Below, piece after piece: positions 25,620-37,249 of a stretch of DNA of 64,000 nt. The position numbers and the translations under genes were made by a program. The notes beneath the pieces were generated by a model, which was not told the origin of the DNA, ran no database searches, and was given only the letters and a program-made list of their open reading frames with translations. The stretch is from Stegostoma tigrinum. Lineage: Eukaryota. How positions within the stretch are numbered: position 1 is the stretch's first letter; each line of letters opens with the position of its first letter. The stretch spans positions 56,902,864 to 56,966,863 of the forward strand of contig NC_081373.1 in assembly GCF_030684315.1 (NCBI RefSeq), given 5' to 3'.

Positions 25620-27830
25620 ATAGAATCATACTGCATAGAAACAGGCCCTTTGGTCCAACCAGTCCATTCTGATCATAATCCCAAACTAAACTAGTCCCAT
25701 CTGCTTGAACTTGGCCCAAATCCCTCCCAAGATTTCTAATACATGTACTTATCTAAATGACTTTTAAACATTGTAACTGTACCGTCATTCACCACTTCCC
25801 CTAGAGGTTCATTCCAAACACAAACCACTTGGTTTAAAAAAATTATCCCTCATGTCTTTTTAAAACCTTTCTCCTTTCACCTTAAAAAAAATGCCTCCTT
25901 GTCTTGAAATCCACCACCCTAGGGAAAAGACCATTTACCTTATCTATACCCCTTATGATTTCATAAAACTCTATAAGCTCACCTCTCAACCTCCTACACT
26001 CCAATTAAAAAAAATCCTGGCCTATCCAACCTCTCCTTATAACTCAAACCCTCCATTCCCAGCCACATTGTGGTAAATTTCTTTAGAACCCTTTCCAGCC
26101 TAATGATATCCTTCCTATAACAGGGTGACCAGAATTCCAAAACAGACCTTACCAATATCCTATATAACCTCAACTTAATATCCCAACTCGTAAACTCAAA
26201 GGTCTGAGAATTGATGGCAGGCATCCTGAAACATCATCTTAACCCCCTATGTGTGATGCAAACTTCAACGAATTGTGTAATTGGACCACTAGGTCCCTCT
26301 GATCTACAATACTACCCAAGGCCCAACTTTTAATTGCATAAATCCTGCCCTTGTGTGTTTTACCAAAATGCAAAATATTACCTTTATTCAAATTAAACTC
26401 CATCTGCCGTTCCTCAGCCTGTTGACCCAATTGATCAAGATCTCTTTGTAATCATAGAAAACCTTCTTCACTGTCATCATCAATTTTGGTATCATCTGCA
26501 AACTTACTACCCATGCCTTCAATATTCTTATATAAATCATTTATATAAATAACTAATAAAAGTGGACTCAACATCGATCCCTTTGAAACATTGCTGGCCG
26601 CACGCCTCCAGTCCAAAAAACAACCCTTCGACATCATTCTGTTTCCTGCTGTTAAGCCAATTTTGTATCCAATTGGTGAACTCACCTTGAATCCCATGTG
26701 ACCTATACTAAATAGTCTACCATTCAGGACCTTGTCAAAGGCTTTACTAAAGTCCAAGTAACCAATATCTACCTCTCTGCCCTCAAATCTTCTTAGTTAC
26801 TTCCTCAAAAAAACTCAATCAAGTTTGTGAGACGTAATTTCCCTCTCACAAAACTATGCTGACTATTCCTAATCATGCCTTGCCTGTCCAAATGCATATA
26901 AATCCTATCTTTCAGAATCATCTCCAATAACTTACCCATCACCAAAGTCAGACTCACAGGTCTGTAGTACCCAGGCTTCTCATTACATCCCTTCTTAAAC
27001 AAACAACATTAGACACCCCAGTCATCCAGCATCTCACCTGTAGTTATAGGTGATACAAATATTTCTGGAAGAGGTCCCGCAATTTACTCTCTGACTTCCC
27101 ACAACATCTTGGGATACATTAGATAAAGTCCTGGAGATTTTTCCACCTTTATACTTTCTAAGATCTCCAGCACATCCTCTTCTGTAATGTGAACAGTTTT
27201 CAAAATATCTATACTTATTTCCCTGAGTTCTGTAGCCTCTGTTTCTTCCCCCACAGTAAAAACAGATGCAGAATATTAAAGCTTTTGTGCTCCTGAGATG
27301 CTGCTTGGCCTGCTGTGTTCATCCAGCCTCACATTTTGTTATCTCAGAATATTAATTTAATGTCTTTCCTAACTCCTGAGGTTCAATACGAAAATGACTA
27401 CTTTGATCCTTAGGGGGCCCTACTCTCTCTCTCTCTCTCGTTGCTCTCTTGTTCTTAATACACCTGTAGAATCTCTTTGGATGATCTTATTTGCCAAGGC
27501 TATCTCATATCCTTGCTTTGCCTTACTGATCTCCCTGTTAAGAATGCCTCTACGCTCTTTATACTGTTCAAGAGATTCATTTGAACACAGTTGTCTAAAT
27601 CTATGTATGATTCTCTTTTATTCCTGACTAAAAACTCAATATTTTTATTCAACCATTGTTCTCTTAATCTTACCAGCCTTACCTAACACTCTAATATAAT
27701 GACTCTGAACTTTCATTGTCACACTTTTGAATGCCTCCCACTTATCAGATATCCCTCTACCCATGAACAGTCTACTCCCAATCAACTTTTGAAAGTTCTT
27801 GTCTCATGCCATTAAAATTTGCTTTATTCC
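25620..27830 (-). mobile_element. CR1 LINE fragment (RT), degenerate
   Basis: PGYYRPVSLT, DFSKAFDKV and SKFADDTK in minus-strand ORFs. Confidence 0.9.
27280..27344 (+). mobile_element. 65-bp Penelope-like mini-insertion with 11-bp TSD
   Basis: TSD CAGAATATTAA at 27269-27279 and 27345-27355; insert matches the sequence just downstream of the hammerhead core in other copies. Confidence 0.85.
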
Positions 27831-27929
27831 AATGAAACAAAATCATGTTGGATTCATAAGGAGCTGATGCTTCCCGTTACGGAAGAGTCTAGGACCAGAG
27901 GGCATAGACTCAGAATAAAGTGTGCCAAT

Positions 27930-30810
27930 TTGAAATCATGGCTGATCCAACATTCCTGACGTCTACTTTCAGTACTTTTTCTGCATAACCCGCAATTCCA
28001 CTCCTGATCAAAAATCTATCTATCTCAGCCTTAAATATACACAAGCACTCTGTCCCCACAATTTTCTGTAGCAAGGAGATCTAAAGACTCACGACTGTCA
28101 AAGAATTCCTCCTCATCTCAGTCTTAAATTTATTCTGAGACTATGCCCTCTGGTCTTGGACTCTTTCATGAAGGGAACCATCAACCCCTTAAGAATCCAA
28201 CATGTTTCAATGAGATGACCTCCCATTCTTCTAAATTCCAATCAGTAGAGTCCCAAACTGTTTAATCTTTGCTCATAAAACAATCCTGCCATACTTGAGA
28301 TTATCTTAGTGAACCTTCTCTGAATTGCCTAAAATAGAATGATATCATTCCTTAAATAACTTCTGACTATACTTTAGATGTGGTCTCACCAGCACCTTGT
28401 ACTGTTGCAGTAAGACTTACCTACACTCATATTCCAACATAACTATGGGCCAACATTCCATTGGCATTCCTGATTACCTGTGGCACCTGCTTTGTGTTTT
28501 GTGCACAAGTACTCCCATGTCCGTCTGTGTTGCAGCTTTCTGCAGTTTTTCTCCATTTAAATGTGTACTATCCTTTTGTTCTCCCTTCCAAAATTAAGAA
28601 CTTCACACTTTTCTACATTATACTCTATTTCCCAACTTTTAAAAACTCCCTTTCTGTCTCCTTATCCCCAATTGTTGTTTCCAGCCCATTATTCAATTCT
28701 CTAACCATACCAGTATATCACCGCCAACTTCATGGGCTGTTATGACATGCCTTTTTTGAGGTTCCTTGTTAAACACACTCTGGAAATCCAAATATATCTA
28801 TTGTTTTTCCTCTATTCACTCTGGTTGAGATTTCCTCCAAACACTCTAATAAATTAGTTAAACACAATTTCCCTTTCATGAAGCGAAGCTGACTCAGTTT
28901 AATTAGGTTATGATTTTCCAAATGTGTTGCTATTCTTTAATAATTAATTCCAACAATAGAATTTGGGCTAATCAGCCTATAGTTATCCACTGTTGTCTCC
29001 CTTTTTGAATTGCCAGTTTTCCAATCCTCTGGAATTGAATCCTCCAATCCAGAATGGAAGGATTTTTGGGAAATTACAACCAATGCATCCACTATCTCTG
29101 TAGCTACTTCTTTTGACATCATTGAATGCAAGCCGTCATTGCCAGGGAATTATCTATCTTTAGCCCCAGTAATTTGTCCAATGTACTTTGCTAATGATGG
29201 TGATGGTACTTACTTCCTGTCCCATATTCTTTAGTGCTAATGGTATATTCGAAGTATCTTTCACCTTAAAGATTGATGCAAAATATCAGTCTAACTCATC
29301 TGTCTTGTTCCTCATAATTAGCTCACCAATTCTTCTTCTGAGGGCCTACATTCACTCTGACCTCTTTTCTTTTCTTTCTTTATATATCTTTATATATCTT
29401 TATATATTTAAAGAAACCACTTTGACAATATTTATATTTCTCTCTAGTTTGTTCTAGTAGTTTATTTTCGCTCTATTATCTTTTTAGCCCTCCTTTACTG
29501 GATTCAGAATTTATCCCATTCTTTGTGGCCAACACTAACTCTTGCCTTCTTACATGTGTTTTCTTTCAAACTTAACTTCCTTGGTTAGCGATGGTTAGTT
29601 TATCCAAAAGCACAATGTCAATTTTCACACATGCTCTGATGACACCCAGCTTTACCTCACCACCATCTCTCTCAACTCCTCCATTGTATCTGAATTATCA
29701 AATTGCTAATCTGAAATCTGGTGCTGAACGAGAAGATATTTACATCATTTGAGTATTTGGAAAACTAAAACCGTTGTTTCTGCTACAATTCTATTCCGTA
29801 GCTACTGACTCCAATATTCTTACAGTCTGAGTTTAAGCAGATCTATTTGCAACCTTGATATCACATCCAATTTGAGATGACCATGAGTCCTCCTAATGGT
29901 GCAATCACTAAAACCGCCTGTTCTCACCTCCATAACAGTCCAATTTCACCTCAGTCTGAGCTCATTCGTTTCTTAAATTCACATGCCTTTGTTACCTCTT
30001 GACTCAACAATGCAAAACAGCCTTGGATGGTGTCCCACATTCTACCATCTGTAAACTCGAGGTTACCCAAAGCTCAGCTGCCCATGTCTTAAATTGCATT
30101 AAGTCCTATTCCCATATCATCCCTGTACTTTATGACTATTGATTTCTTGCTCACTAATGTTCTGATTTTAGACTTCAAATCCCTATTTTCAAATTCCTCC
30201 ATTACCTCAAAGAAGAAGGAAGACTAGAGCATGAGGACAGGACCTTTGGTCCATCAAGCCTTTCTAAATGAAAAACCTTTGGCCTCCACACAATCTGATT
30301 ATGTCTATTCCCTGTCTATTCATGTATTGGTCGAGATGCCTCTTAAATGTTGTTACTATTCTTCTGCCACCTCCTATGGCAGTGCCCACCCTCTGTGTAA
30401 AAACACCTGCCTCTCATCTCTTTTAAACCTTTTCTCTTTTACTTTAAATCTGTGTCCACTGGCTACTGACACTTCTACCCTGGGAAAAAGATTCTGACCA
30501 GCCATTATATCTGTGCCTGTAATAATTTTGTAAACTTGTATTAGGTCACCCTTCAACCTCTGTTTCAGTGAAAACAAACCTCAAGTTTGTCCAATCTCTC
30601 CTCATAGCTAATACCCTCCACCAGGTAACATCCTGCTAAACCTTTTCTGTGCTGTCTCCGAAGCCTCCATATCCTTCTGGTAGTGTGGTGACCAGAACTG
30701 TACACAATGTTCCAAATGTGGCCTGACTAAAGTTCTATACAGCTGGAACATGACTTCCCAATTGTTATACTCTATGCTCTGATCAACAAAGGCAAGCATG
30801 CCATATTCCT
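27930..30810 (-). mobile_element. Cluster of old CR1 fragments (with an L2-like plus-strand piece at ~29610-30210)
   Basis: PEDWKT..NYRLIS, LYRTLVRPHLEHCVQFWSP and RLKGDLIQVYKI remnants. Confidence 0.75.
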
Positions 30811-31740
30811 CGATAACAAGGTGTAGAGCTGGATGAACACAGCAGGCCAAGCAGGAAAGCTGACATTTCGGGCCTAGACCCTTCTTCAGATTTTCTGTTC
30901 TGTCTCTCTGAACCAAGATTTTCTTGGTTATGGACCTGTTTGGGGGGTCCATAACCAAGAGACACAGTCTTAGGACACAGTGTAGACCATTCAGGTTTGA
31001 GATGGCAAAACGTTTCTTCACTCAAAGAACAGTGAACCTGTGGAATTTTATACCACAGCGGCTGTAGAGGCTAAATCAGTGAATATATGGAGAGAATGCA
31101 GGATTGTGGTTCAAGAAAGAGGATCAGCCATGACTGTATTCAAGTCATAGAGATATACAGCATGGAAACAGACCATTCAATCCAACCCATCCATGCCCAC
31201 CAGATATCCTACATTAATCTAGTCCCATTTGCCAGCATTTGGCCCTTGTCCCTGTACACCCTTCCTATTCATATACCCATCCGGATGTCTACAAATGTAG
31301 TGATCATACCAGTCTCCAACACTTCCTCTGGCAGCTCATTCCATACATACATCACCCTCTGAATGAGAAAGTTGCCCCTTATAAATCTTTCTCCTCTCAC
31401 CTTAAACTGTTGCCCTCTAGTTTTTGACTCTCCCACCCCGGGGAAAAGACCTCGCCTGTTTACCCTATCCATGCCCGTCATGCTTTTATAAATCTCTATA
31501 ACGTCCGCTCTCAGCCTCTGATGCACCAGGGAAAATAGCCACAGCCTATTCAACCTTTCCCTAGAGCTCAAACTCTCCAACGCTGGCAGCATCCTTGTAA
31601 GTCTTTTCTGAACCATTTCAAGTTTCACAACATCCTTCCTATAGCAGGGAGACCAGAATTGCAAGCAGTATGCCAAAAGTGGCCTAACCAATGTCCTGGA
31701 TGAACACAGCAGGCCAAGCAGCATCTCAGGAGCACAAAAG

Positions 31741-31772
31741 CTGACGTTTCGGGCCTAGACCCTTCATCAGAG
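31741..31772 (-). ncRNA. Minimal hammerhead ribozyme core (Penelope-associated)
   Basis: Minus strand CUGAUGA-A-GGGU(CUAG)GCCC-GAAAC-GUC; all conserved core nucleotides present. Confidence 0.75.
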
Positions 31773-32933
31773 AGGGGGACGGGGTGAGGGTTCTGGAATA
31801 AATAGGGAGAGAGGGGGAGGCGGACCGAAGATGGAGAGAAAAGAAGATAGGTGGAGAGAGTATAGGTGGGGAGGTAGGGAGGGGATAGGTCAGTCCAGGG
31901 AAGACGGACAGGTCAAGGAGGTGGGATGAGGTTAGTAGGTAGATGGGGATGCGGCTTGGGGTGGGAGGAAGGGATGGGTGAGAGGAAGAACAGGTTAGGG
32001 AGGCAGAGACAGGTTGGACTGGTTTTGGGATGCAGTGGGTGGAGGGGAAGAGCTGGGCTGGTTTAGGGATGCAGTTGGGGAAGGGGAGATTTTGAAACTG
32101 GTGAAGTCCACATTGATACCATTAGGCTGCAGGGTTCCCAGGCGGAATATGAGTTGCTGTTCCTGCAACCTACGGGTGGCATCATAGTGGCACTGCAGGA
32201 GGTCCATGATGGACATGTCATCTAAAGAATGGGAGGGCGAGTGGAAATGGTTTGCGACTGGGAGGTGCAGTTGTTTGTTGCGAACTGAGCTCTTTAGATG
32301 ACATGTCCATACTGCACCTCCCAGTCGCAAACCATTTCCACTCCCCCTCCCATTCTTTAGATGACATGTCCATTCCGCTCAGTTCGCAACAAACAACTGC
32401 ACCTCCCAGTCGCAAACCATTTCCACTCCCCCTCCCATTCTTTAGATGACATGTCCATCATGGGCCTCCTGCAGTGCCACAATGATGCCACCCGTAGGTT
32501 GCAGGAACAGCAACTCCTATTCCGCCTGGGAACCCTGCAGCCTAATGGTATCAATGTGGACTTCACCAGTTTCAAAATCTCCCCTTCCCCAACTGCATCC
32601 CTAAACCAGCCCAGTTTGTCCCCTCCCCCCACTGCATCACACAACCAGCCCAGCTCTTCCCCTCCACCCACTGCATCCCAAAACCAGTCCAACCTGTCTC
32701 TGCCTCCCTAACCTGTTCTTCCTCTCACCCATCCCTTCCTCCCACCCCAAGCCGCACCCCCATCTACCTACTAACCTCATCCCACCTCCTTGACCTGTCC
32801 GTCTTCCCTGGACTGACCTATCCCCTCCCTACCTCCCCACCTATACTCTCTCCACCTATCTTCTTTTCTCTCCATCTTCGGTCCGCCTCCCCCTTTCTCC
32901 CTATTTATTCCAGAACCCTCACCCCATCCCCCT

Positions 32934-32965
32934 CTCTGATGAAGGGTCTAGGCCCGAAACGTCAG
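32934..32965 (+). ncRNA. Minimal hammerhead ribozyme core (Penelope-associated)
   Basis: CTGATGA A GGGT CTAG GCCC GAAAC GTC; predicted cleavage after 32963. Confidence 0.75.
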
Positions 32966-33626
32966 CTTTTGTGCTCCTGAGATGCTGCTTGGCCTGCTGT
33001 GTTCATCCAGCCCCACATTTTATTATCTTGGATTCTCCAGCATCTGCAGTTCCCATTATCTCTCTCTAACCAATGTCCTGTATAGCCGCAACATGATTTC
33101 CCAACTCCTATACTCAATGCACTGACCATTAAAGGCAAGCATAACAAATGGCTTCTTCACTGTCCTATCTAATTTTAACTCCACTTCCAAGGAACTATGA
33201 ATCTTCACCCCAAGGTCTCTTTGTTCGGCAACACACCCCAGTACCTTACCATTAAGTGTATATTGAATGCAAAGGAGGCTCAAATAAAAAGGCTGAAGGG
33301 CCTATTCCTGCTCCTAGTTTGTACATACATGTTTTTATCAATTAATGGTTAATAGTCCAAAAGAAGAAATGAAACCAAAACCAAGATTAAATGTTTTCTT
33401 TAGGTCTTGTAGTGGTTGAATTATTTCAGTGCCAGTATACATGTAGCTCCAGGATTTGAAGCTGCATTGCGGTCATTATCATCTTCAGCTCTCTGCTTAA
33501 AGTCAGCTCTGATGCATAGTGTTTTGAATTCTACCACCAGCAGGGCAAGAAGGCAGGTCTTAAATCCACCCAGAACATGGATCCAACCACATGCTGTTGG
33601 CACAAATCTGATCCATGGCTAGCAGT

Positions 33627-33868
33627 TCAGGTGGGATGAGGTTAGTAGGTAGATGGGGGTGCGGCTTGGGGTGGGAGGAAGGGATGGGTGAGAGGAAGAA
33701 CAGGTTAGGGAGGCAGAGACAGGTTGGACTGGTTTTGGGATGCAGTGGGTGGAGGGGGAAGAGCTGGGCTGGTTGTGTGGTGCAGTGGGGGGAGGGGACG
33801 AACTGGGCTGGTTTAGGGATGCAGTTGGGGAAGGGGAGATTTTGAAACTGGTGAAGTCCACATTGATA
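33627..33868 (-). mobile_element. Internal fragment of the same Penelope-like family
   Basis: Near-identical (reverse complement) to ~32548-32787. Confidence 0.85.
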
Positions 33869-34406
33869 ACTGAATCAACCAGACTATTAAAGTCCCTGAA
33901 TTGCTGGAGAAATGTGCACTTTTATATAGATGTTGCAGTTTGGAGCTAATGTTGATGGAGGCTCCAGTTTCTTTCCAGGAATTTGTTTTGCTTTTACTGC
34001 CTGTCAATGGCATGTATGGGATGGACTTACAAGCTATGAACGCACCTTCCTTGGTCATCATGTTCTGAGGTGAGACTTGAACCCGGAGCCTCTGACTTGG
34101 TGGCAGGGACACTAACTCTCCCAATCAAAATCTATTAACGCTATGGTGATGTTGCACCAATTTCTTGGGCAGTGCCCTTACTGAGGTTTACATGCTGCAG
34201 TGATGCAACTCTCCTGTTCCCCTAGAAGAAACTGAAGAAACCTTAGTAGGAAAGCCTCTGGCTCTACATTTCAATTATTTCTTCAGCCACTATCTGGGAT
34301 TAAAATGGGAAACCCTATTCAAGTATCCAAGTGCAAAGCAATAGTGGAGAGGACCTGTGAAAATATCAGTATACAAAACACTGGAGTAGTGAGATGGATC
34401 ACTTAC

Positions 34407-34526
34407 CAACTTCCTTTCATATGCCTGTTGAATTTCGAGTAGTTCCTCTTGTAGCTGTTCCTGCGTAGCTTTCTCCTTCAATGCTGCTTGTGTCTCAATG
34501 TCCAGCTGCTTAACCTCCAATTGACT
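34407..34526 (-). CDS. DYDC1: DPY30 domain-containing protein, coding exon 2
   Basis: tttcaag|SQLEVKQLDIETQAALKEKATQEQLQEELLEIQQAYERKL|gtaagt; 120 nt, phase 0, coiled-coil composition. Confidence 0.85.
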
Positions 34527-34570
34527 CTTGAAATAATTGAAAATGGTCAAACAACAATACTTGATTTACA

Positions 34571-34792
34571 GAGATAATGGGAACTGCAGATGCTGGAGAA
34601 TTCCAAGATAATAAAATGTGAGGCTGGATGAACACAGCAGGCCAAGCAGCATCTCAGGAGCACAAAAGCTGACGTTTCGGGCCTAGACCCTTCATCAGAG
34701 AGGGTGATGAAGGGTCTAGGCCCGAAACGTCAGCTTTTGTGCTCCTGAGATGCTGCTTGGCCTGCTGTGTTCATCCAGCCTCACATTTTATT
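34571..34792. mobile_element. Penelope-like mini-element forming a perfect 90-bp hairpin, 14-bp TSD
   Basis: TSD ATACTTGATTTACA at 34557-34570 and 34793-34806; arms 34608-34697 and 34705-34794; 7-nt loop. Confidence 0.9.
34669..34700 (-). ncRNA. Minimal hammerhead ribozyme core, sense to the DYDC1 pre-mRNA
   Basis: Minus strand CUGAUGAAGGGUCUAGGCCCGAAACGUC, intact. Confidence 0.72.
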
Positions 34793-34934
34793 ATACTTGA
34801 TTTACACTTGTTTAAACATCAAAGGCTTTGAAACAAACTATTTCTAACACTCATACAGACACATAGACCAATTCTTTGGTACTAAAATAATGGAATACAG
34901 ACCAATAAATTCTCATTTGATATTCAACAGAATC

Positions 34935-35745
34935 TCTCTTTATATCATGCTTTGTCCCTCTCAGTCACTCACTCACTATTTCTGAGTTGTGTGCTTTCAG
35001 TCTCTGATTCATATCTCTGCTGGTACCTTTTTGAGTTATGCTCCCTTTCTGTGTCTCTAAATCATGTTCTCTCACTCTGCATCCCATGCTGTCTCTGTGT
35101 TTTCCTTTCACTCTATCTCGTGCTCTTGTTCTCTGCATGTTGCATTCTCCCTCTCTATCTCTTACGTTTACTGTCTCTGCGCCTCATGCATGTGCTGTTT
35201 CTCCATGCCACATGCATAATCTCTCTTTGTGTCTTGCGATCTCTCTATCTTGTGTTCCTTCTCTCTGTGAGTTTGCTTCTTATTCTGCGCCTCATGCAAA
35301 CTACTGTGTTTTCTCCGTCTCTCAATCTCTCTGTCTGCACCTTATGCCTCATGCTCACACTCTTTCTGTGTCTTGTAATTGCACTTTCTCTGTGCCTCAT
35401 ATGCATTCACGCTCTATTTCATGCGCCTTCTGCCTTCCACAGTGCCTTTCTTGGTGTCTCCTTGCCTGTGCTCTCTTCTCCCTGTATGCCTCTTGCACTC
35501 TCTGTGCCTCATTCTCTGTCTGTGCATTGTGTTCCATGTGTCTCACACTCTTTTCACAGCGTCTCGCATTCTCACAGTCTGTCTTTGTGTTTCATATTCT
35601 CTCTCTGTCTTGTATTCTGTCTTGCCTTCTTTTTCACTATATCTTGCCTGCTGTCTCTGTCTCATGTTCCCTACCTGTTCAGATTTTCTCTACCTCACAT
35701 TCTGTGTCTCACGTTCTCTCTTTCTATGTGTTTTCTCTCTCTGTG
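34935..35745. repeat. Pyrimidine-rich degenerate low-complexity repeat
   Basis: TCTCTGTG/CTCATG-like units; produces spurious Leu/Ser/Cys-rich ORFs in all three frames. Confidence 0.75.
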
Positions 35746-36129
35746 TGACCAGAAAGGCAAATCCTTCACAGATGCTGCCAGACCTGTTGAGCTTTTCCAG
35801 CAACTTTGTTTTTGAACCATAGAGGTTGAAACTGGAGTGACTACAGAGGCTGAAGCCAAGAAATAGTTGCTGAAGGAATCTGAGTGAGTAACTGGAGAGA
35901 GTAGAATGCCTAATTCACAGGCGTGGAATTACAGGAAGGGTCAGAAACAGCCACTAAAATGAGCTAAAGTGAGTCACAAGCTACAGATGCTTGTCCTACA
36001 CCAATTGTACGGCTGGTTCCAGACAGCTGCTATTTTCTTTAAGGGGCTGAGCTCCTTGTAAGGAAACGGTCAAATTAATGTGAGTAATGGGATGGATCAG
36101 TTGGTAATGATGAAGATCAGTAAACTAAC

Positions 36130-36276
36130 CTTTCTCTCTAAGTCAAAGTTGTCTCTGTATTTATACAGCCAGTATGCCAGGTATTCAATAGGATCAACTG
36201 GTCGATGCTGTGCCACTTCTGCCAGACCCTCAGTCAAACAATCGCCCAAAACAATTCTCAGATAGTTTGAATCCAT
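36130..36276 (-). CDS. DYDC1: DPY30 domain-containing protein, first coding exon (Dpy-30 motif)
   Basis: [49 protein letters not shown]|gttagt; matches the DYDC motif LTxGLAEVAxxRPxDPIEYLAxW; adjacent to PRXL2A as in mammals. Confidence 0.93.
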
Positions 36277-36599
36277 CTTCTGCTGAGAGACTTTCAGATA
36301 TGAATATGAGAGAATGCAAAAACATTATCCTTTCCACAGGATTTTAGACACAAACACAGCAAACTCAAGCACACTCAAATCAAGGTAAATCAACGTGCGC
36401 TGAACACATCTACGTTCTCTCTCACTATTGACCCAGAACAGTCAAACTAGACTCAAATTATGAAGTGTTTTTCTCTCTATCCAGCTCAGTTTCTTCAACA
36501 TTCTCTGTGTTTGGTTCAGATTTTCAGCATCCACAATATTTTACTTTCACTAGTCTAGAACATGCACTATTCATGCACAATCTCTTGTGAAACTGTCAA

Positions 36600-37175
36600 T
36601 GTCATGGATCAGACCAAACCTCCCTTATTTAAAGGCAAGTGTAAGGTGCTGTGTTTCAGATGTAATTTAATTGATTACACTGCTTGGCTCTAAACAAAAC
36701 ACACTTTATTCTTATCCCACAGTGAAAATACAAATAATCAAAAGAAGAATTGATATAACTAACTCTACTGGAGGACTTAACAGAATGATAAATTATTTAA
36801 CTACTAAACAGCAACTGTTCCAATATTGTAATATGCCATAAACACACCCTTGCAAAAGCAAGTTCTCACATCCGATTCTGACAGTAAAGCGAACTCAAGT
36901 TTGTTGCTGTGGCCGAGAGAGAGATGTAACAACTTCCACAGTTCTTTCAAACACCAACAACTACTGAAAGCTAAACTAAAACCCTAGTTCTTTGGGAACC
37001 TGACTCTACCCATTTATGGTACTTTTTTGTTTCAACTTTTTAAAAAAAAACCTGAGGCCTCACAAGCTGTTTACTTTATCGGCTTTGAAAAGATAGCTTG
37101 ATGCCTCGGTCTTAAAACCTCCTTGGGAAAAAAGCCAGGACAAAATAAACCACTTACAATCGTAGTATTGTCACA
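36600..37175. mobile_element. Solo LTR with 4-bp TSD
   Basis: TGTCA...TCACA ends flanked by TCAA on both sides (36596-36599, 37176-37179). Confidence 0.7.
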
Positions 37176-37249
37176 TCAATAACTTTAATGGATCCACACA
37201 TTTTGTGTAGACTAGTCTGTGTACAATATTAACTACAGTATCCCTGTAT

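Larger units (their letters stand above)
31699..33065. mobile_element. Penelope-like retroelement 3' portion inserted as a ~1.37-kb inverted repeat with 15-bp TSD
   Basis: TSD CTAACCAATGTCCTG at 31684-31698 and 33066-33080; arms ~31696-32290 and 32377-33010; encodes a GIY-YIG C-terminus-like peptide PVANHFHSPSHS...RRLQEQQLLFRLGTLQPNGIN. Confidence 0.9.
31143..33270 (-). mobile_element. CR1 LINE fragment interrupted by the large Penelope-like palindrome
   Basis: RT C-terminal remnants on both sides of the insertion join at LYRTLVRPLL. Confidence 0.85.

Noticed and set aside
33416-33603. Extra DYDC1 exon
   Set aside because: Weak acceptor, no convincing donor, and no similarity to DYDC proteins
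34952-35822. Long overlapping ORFs (287, 236 and 147 aa)
   Set aside because: Low-complexity pyrimidine repeat lacking stop codons; no recognisable domain
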